A stretch of 64,000 nucleotides of DNA, taken from NCBI GenBank assembly GCA_050117845.1, contig JASFLY010000002.1, forward strand, positions 186,025 through 250,024, written 5' to 3'. Under the pieces are notes generated by a model. The model was not told where the DNA came from and searched no databases. It was given only the letters and a program-made list of their open reading frames with translations. Each line of letters begins with the position of its first letter. Positions within the stretch are counted from its first letter, which is position 1. The stretch is from Candidatus Zixiibacteriota bacterium (GTDB lineage: Bacteria; RBG-13-66-14; B26-G2; WVWN01). A program made the translations under genes and the position numbers. Positions 59,633-64,000 of the stretch are shown here, piece by piece.

Positions 59633-60397
59633 ATGAAGATTAAATCCGTTCTCCTGATAGGAGCGCTTTGCTGTTTCGCGGCCGCCGCGCTGGGCCAACG
59701 CTCCGTCAACACCGACGACGCCGCTACGAGCGGGCGGGGCAGCGTTACACTCGAGCTGGGCGTGGACTACGTCAAGGCCCGCGACGTGGACGACGCCGCC
59801 GTCGAGGTCGCCTTCCAACCCTACTACGGCGTCTTCGACTGGTGGGACACCTCCGTCGTGATACCGTTCGTCTCGCTCTCCCCGGAGGAGGGCGACGGCG
59901 AGGCGGGCATCGGCGACGTTTCGCTGTGGGAGAAGTTCAAACTGCTCGACGAGGAGGCCGGGGCGCCGCTGGGCCTGGCCGTGCTGGCGGACATTAAGCT
60001 CCCGACCGGCGACGACGAGAAGGGCCTGGGCTCGGGGAAAACGGACGTCAACGGCCACGTCGCGGCGACGAAGACGCTGGGCCCCGCCGCGGTCCACGGG
60101 AACGTCGGCTACACCTACGTCGACCTGCCGCGGGAGGACGAGTACGCGGAGGGCGAGGAGCCCGAGAACGGCGTGGACTTCGGCCTGGCGGCGGCCTTCG
60201 ACCTCGCCGGCAAGGCCACGGCGTTCGCCGAGGTCTACGGGAGTTACATTAGCGACGCGGACGACCAGCCGGTCAACGCCAACGTCGGCGCGGCCGTCCC
60301 GCTGGGGCCGGTCGAGCTGGACGTCCACGGCGACTTCGGCCTGACCGACGCCACGGACGAGTACGTCGTCGGCGGCGGCATCGCCGCCGGCTTCTGA
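59633..60397 (+). CDS. Outer-membrane beta-barrel transporter (MetA-pathway/phenol-degradation-like family)
   Basis: Signal peptide; GIGD...K, KLPTGDDEKGLGSG..D, HGNVGY; amphipathic strands; terminal Phe. Confidence 0.75.
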   Translation: MKIKSVLLIGALCCFAAAALGQRSVNTDDAATSGRGSVTLELGVDYVKARDVDDAAVEVAFQPYYGVFDWWDTSVVIPFVSLSPEEGDGEAGIGDVSLWEKFKLLDEEAGAPLGLAVLADIKLPTGDDEKGLGSGKTDVNGHVAATKTLGPAAVHGNVGYTYVDLPREDEYAEGEEPENGVDFGLAAAFDLAGKATAFAEVYGSYISDADDQPVNANVGAAVPLGPVELDVHGDFGLTDATDEYVVGGGIAAGF

Positions 60398-60438
60398 GAG
60401 CCACACCTCCGTTCCCTCTAACCATCCTCCTTGAGGAG

Positions 60439-60462
60439 GGCGGCCCTTCGGGGCCGCCTTTT
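60439..60462 (+). terminator. Intrinsic terminator
   Basis: GGCGGCCC-TTCG-GGGCCGCC followed by TTTT. Confidence 0.85.
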
Positions 60463-60531
60463 CGTTGTGCCCCGCCCTCGCCCGGGGTAACGGTCCCGCC
60501 AGGAGCCGGGGACTCGTAAGCCGCCGCCGGC

Positions 60532-61602
60532 CTACGGGAGTCGGCGCATCCTCCCGCCCGGGCCGGTGGCCACGCGCCGGCCCATCGCCGCGAGCCGTCG
60601 CCGCAGGCGGCCGTTGTAGCCTTCGGCCCCCTCGTCGGCGGCCGCCTTGGCGGGGTATATCTCGTAGAGCCGCCGGTAGGGGAGGGGCGTCACGTCGGGC
60701 ATGATGACGTTGGCCCCGCGCCGAAGGGCGAGGTCCCTTCCCGCGGCCCGGTTCACCGTCGCCAGCGCGGTCGTACCGGGGATGTTGGCCTCCGGGCACG
60801 CCAGCCGGGAGAGGGCTATCATCTTGTAGGTGGTGAGTTCGTCCGCCGGCACGTCGTCCGGCCCCGGGGGGGCCGGGGGGACCGGCAGGGCGTTCCCGAG
60901 GGGCGTCGCGGCGTGGGGGATGAAGGGCCCCACGGCCACCATGTCGAGGTCGAGTTCCCGGAAATACGCTAGGTCGGCGGCGAGGTCGGCGTACCGCTGT
61001 CCCGGAAGGCCTACCATGACGCCGCTCCCCACCTCGTAACCCAGGTGCCGTAGCTCCCGAAGGAGTTCCAGGCGCGACGGCGATCCCTCCCGCCGCGGCG
61101 GGTGGACCCGCGCGAACAACGCCGCGTTCGAGGTCTCGAAGCGCAGGAGGTAGCGATCCGCGCCCGCGCGGCGCCAGGCCCGCAGCTCCTCCGGCCGCCG
61201 CTCGCCGAAACTCAGCGTCACCGCCAGGCCGGTCGCGTCCTTGATGCGCGACACCACCGCGGCCCCCCACTCGGCCGTCAGCGTGTCGTCCTCGCCGCTC
61301 TGCAGGACCACCGTCCCATAGCCGAGGCGGCGAACGAGCCGGGCGGAGGCGACGACGTCGTCGGCGCTCATCCGATAGCGGGGGAGACGACGGTTCCCGG
61401 CCCGCAGGCCGCAGTAGTGGCACTGCCGCGCGCAGTGGTTCGACACCTCGACGATGCCCCGCAGGTGCACCTCGTCGCCCACGTACGCGCGCCGCACCTC
61501 GTCGGCGCGGCGCCACAGTTCCTCCAGACGCGCGGGGTCGTCCTCCCGCAGCCAGCGCTCCAGCTCGGCGGGGCCGGGGAGGCGTTCAGGCGGCGTCGGC
61601 AC
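60532..61602 (-). CDS. hydE: [FeFe]-hydrogenase maturase radical SAM HydE
   Basis: RGIVEVSNHCARQCHYCGLR, VLQSGED, RYLLRFET, GPFIPH..TPL, TTAL, YEIYP. Confidence 0.95.
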   Translation of the reverse strand: MPTPPERLPGPAELERWLREDDPARLEELWRRADEVRRAYVGDEVHLRGIVEVSNHCARQCHYCGLRAGNRRLPRYRMSADDVVASARLVRRLGYGTVVLQSGEDDTLTAEWGAAVVSRIKDATGLAVTLSFGERRPEELRAWRRAGADRYLLRFETSNAALFARVHPPRREGSPSRLELLRELRHLGYEVGSGVMVGLPGQRYADLAADLAYFRELDLDMVAVGPFIPHAATPLGNALPVPPAPPGPDDVPADELTTYKMIALSRLACPEANIPGTTALATVNRAAGRDLALRRGANVIMPDVTPLPYRRLYEIYPAKAAADEGAEGYNGRLRRRLAAMGRRVATGPGGRMRRLP

Positions 61603-62848
61603 GTCGCCCTCCGCCCCGCGCCGCGTATTCCCGGAAGGCCGCCAGCGCCCCGGGGAAGGGGCCCAGCGCGCGCTCGAAGATGCCGAGGCTGAAGGCGATG
61701 GCCAGGCCGTAGTTCGTGACCGGCACGCCGGCCTCCCGGCAGCGGCCTATGCGGCTCAGGACCTCGCGGCGGTTAATGGTGCATCCCCCGCAGAGGACGG
61801 CGAGCCGGAAGCCGGAGAGGTCGTCGGGGAAATCGTGGCCCTGGACGGTCGTGAACTCGAGCTGGCCGCCCGCGTACTGCGTCAGCCAGCGGGGTAGCTT
61901 GACCCGGCCTATATCCTCGTCCGTGGGGTGGTGGGTGCACGCCTCGGCCACCAACACGCGGTCCCCGGGCCGGAGGGCGTCGATGGCCAGCGCCCCCGCC
62001 ACCTGGGTGACGAGGTCACCCCGGTAACGCGCGAGCAGGATGGAGAAGCTGGTCAAATGAACGTCCGCCGGGGTATCATCCACCACCTGGAGGAAAGCCT
62101 GCGAGTCCGTGACGACGAGTTGCGGCGGCTGCCGGAGCCGCGAGAAGGCGGCGCGCAATTCCCGCTCCTTGACGACCATGCACAGCGCGTCGCTCTCCAG
62201 AAGGTCGCGGATGGCCTGCACCTGGGGCAGTATCAAGCGCCCCTTCGGCGCCTCCTTGTCGATGGGGGCTACAAGTACCGCCAATCCCCCGGGCCCTACG
62301 AGGTCGCCGACGAGAGGCAACTCCGCCGAAGCGTCGGGCGGCCCCGCCGCGCCAAGGGCTTCCCGCAACGCGCCGATTCCGTCGCCCGTGTCCGCGCGCG
62401 TGGAGACCCACGGCACGCGCCGCGCCGCCAGGTACTCGAGCGCGGCGGGGGGCGGCGACCACTGGTCCGATTTGTTGAACACCACGACCGAAGGCGTCGC
62501 GCGCCGTATTAATTCTTCCAAAACATCTTCCTCGAACGCTCCCCAATCACCCGCGGCGACCACGACGGCGAGGTCCACCCGGTCCAGGATCCGGTGGGTC
62601 TTTCCCACTCGCAACGCGCCCAGCGCTCCCTCGTCGTCGAGGCCGGCGGTATCGACGAAGACGACGGGGCCGAAGGGCGCGAACTCCATCGCCTTTTCGA
62701 CCGGGTCGGTGGTCGTTCCGGCGACCGCCGACACGATGGCGACCTGCTGGCGCGTTATAGCGTTGAGGATGCTCGACTTGCCGACGTTGCGGCGGCCGAG
62801 GATTGCGATGTGTAGGCGCATGGCCCGGGGCGTTCCGCGCATAGTCAC
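61586..62848 (-). CDS. hydF: [FeFe]-hydrogenase maturase GTPase HydF
   Basis: GRRNVGKSS, GTTTDPV, DTAG, APKGRLILPQ, TDSQ, EACTHH, CGGC, TNYG. Confidence 0.96.
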   Translation of the reverse strand: MTMRGTPRAMRLHIAILGRRNVGKSSILNAITRQQVAIVSAVAGTTTDPVEKAMEFAPFGPVVFVDTAGLDDEGALGALRVGKTHRILDRVDLAVVVAAGDWGAFEEDVLEELIRRATPSVVVFNKSDQWSPPPAALEYLAARRVPWVSTRADTGDGIGALREALGAAGPPDASAELPLVGDLVGPGGLAVLVAPIDKEAPKGRLILPQVQAIRDLLESDALCMVVKERELRAAFSRLRQPPQLVVTDSQAFLQVVDDTPADVHLTSFSILLARYRGDLVTQVAGALAIDALRPGDRVLVAEACTHHPTDEDIGRVKLPRWLTQYAGGQLEFTTVQGHDFPDDLSGFRLAVLCGGCTINRREVLSRIGRCREAGVPVTNYGLAIAFSLGIFERALGPFPGALAAFREYAARGGGRRADAA

Positions 62849-62946
62849 TCCGGCCTAAGAGGTTCCCGTTTCGGGGGCGTACGCGCGGCGGAAGGCAAGC
62901 TCAACTCGCCCAGGGCGTCGCGCTCGCTGCGGTGGGAGTCGTTCAT
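62845..62946 (-). pseudogene. aspA: 33-codon relic of aspartate ammonia-lyase between hydG and hydF
   Basis: MNDSHRSERDALGELSLPSAA matches the aspartase/fumarase N-terminal R.E.D.LGE..P..A; its TGA overlaps the hydF GTG. Confidence 0.65.
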
Positions 62947-62959
62947 AAAGGTTGGAGTT

Positions 62960-64000
62960 TCACACGAAGACGTCCCGCCGGCCGCCCCGCACGGCGTCGA
63001 CGATACGCGTCGCCCGGGCCCGCGGCTCCCCGTCGAACCCGTCCAGCACGTCGGCGACCAGTTTCTCGCCCACTTCCCGGGTCTCGGCGGAGGCGTAGTC
63101 GAGCAGGTATTCCATAAAGGTGCCCAGGGCGTTCGGGGCGCAGTGCGTTTTAATGTCGCCGGGCTTCGCCAGGTCCATGAAGTCGCGGCCGGTGCGACCC
63201 AGGCGGTAACACGCGGTGCAGAACGACGGGATGTACCCGAGCGCGGCGACGTCGCGGATGACCTCGTCGAGGGGCCGGTGGTCGCCGAGGGAGAACTGGG
63301 CCTCGGCCGGCGTCTCGCCCACCGCGTAGCCGCCGGGGTTGGTCCGGCTTCCGGCGGAGATCTGGGACACGCCGAGGGCGAAGGTCTGGCGCCGGATGGC
63401 CGGCGTCTCGCGGGTGGACAGGATGATGCCGGTATACGGCACGGTTAGGCGGAGGATGGCCACCAGCTTGCGGAAGTCCTCGTCGGACACGGGGTACGGC
63501 GGCCGGCTAGCGAAGTCGGAACCGGCCGCGGGCTCGAGCCGGGGGACGCTGATGGTGTGCGGCCCGACGCCGAACCGCCGCTCCAGGTGCCGCACGTGCT
63601 GGAGCAGCGCCAGTACCTCGTAACGCCAGTCGTGGAGGCCGAAGAGGACGCCGATGCCCACGTCGTCGATGCCGGCCTCCAGCGCCCGGTCCATGGTAGT
63701 GACCCGCCAATCGAAATCGCGCTTGGGGCCGGCGAGGTGCACCCGCTCGTAGGTGGGCCGGTGGTAGGTCTCCTGGAAGAGTTGATAGGTCCCGATGTGG
63801 CGTTCCTTGAGCCGGCGGAACTCTTCGACCTCGAGCGGCGCGACGTTCACGTTGACCCGCCGGACCTCACCGGGCCCCTCCCGGACGGCGTACACCGCGT
63901 CGATGGCGTCCAGCACGTAGTCCAACCCCTCCCGGGGGTAGGACTCCCCCGCCACGACGAGAACGCGCTTGTGCCCCCGGGTGACCAGCGCCCGGACCTC
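62960..64000 (-). CDS. hydG: [FeFe]-hydrogenase maturase radical SAM HydG (5' part outside the window)
   Basis: GHKR..VVAGE, FQETYH, DDVG.GVLFGL, GPHTISVPR, PSFCTACYRLGRTG...C.PNA (CX2CX22C). Confidence 0.96.
   Translation of the reverse strand, partial: EVRALVTRGHKRVLVVAGESYPREGLDYVLDAIDAVYAVREGPGEVRRVNVNVAPLEVEEFRRLKERHIGTYQLFQETYHRPTYERVHLAGPKRDFDWRVTTMDRALEAGIDDVGIGVLFGLHDWRYEVLALLQHVRHLERRFGVGPHTISVPRLEPAAGSDFASRPPYPVSDEDFRKLVAILRLTVPYTGIILSTRETPAIRRQTFALGVSQISAGSRTNPGGYAVGETPAEAQFSLGDHRPLDEVIRDVAALGYIPSFCTACYRLGRTGRDFMDLAKPGDIKTHCAPNALGTFMEYLLDYASAETREVGEKLVADVLDGFDGEPRARATRIVDAVRGGRRDVFV

Overview
High-GC bacterial chromosome segment (roughly two-thirds GC by eye), probably from an anaerobic diderm. 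The ileS-dksA/traR-lspA order, a T9SS/FlgD-like C-terminal domain and [FeFe]-hydrogenase maturases suggest an FCB-related candidate lineage; this is inference only. Core genes: ileS, lspA, thiG/thiE, glyQ/glyS, gyrA, efp, accB/accC, comB, tRNA-Gly(GCC), tRNA-Cys(GCA), a DtxR-FeoA/feoB iron locus, and hydG-hydF-hydE. Most notable observations: (1) a secreted-protease locus in which a subtilase and a clan-CD cysteine protease are each preceded by a stand-alone copy of their own N-terminal domain, share an ungapped Cys-Gly...YGxIFxRR C-terminal tail that looks like a sorting signal, and face an alpha-2-macroglobulin; (2) a solo IS200-type HUH tnpA embedded in arrays of 55-bp hairpin repeats and bracketed by 119-bp direct repeats; (3) an unannotated six-Ile leader peptide with an attenuator upstream of ileS; (4) a 63-bp duplication of the gyrA 3' end bracketing an inserted NHL gene; (5) short relics of aroQ and aspA at their usual gene positions; (6) three DtxR-type operators defining a small iron regulon. 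All family calls come from reading motifs; no searches were run.
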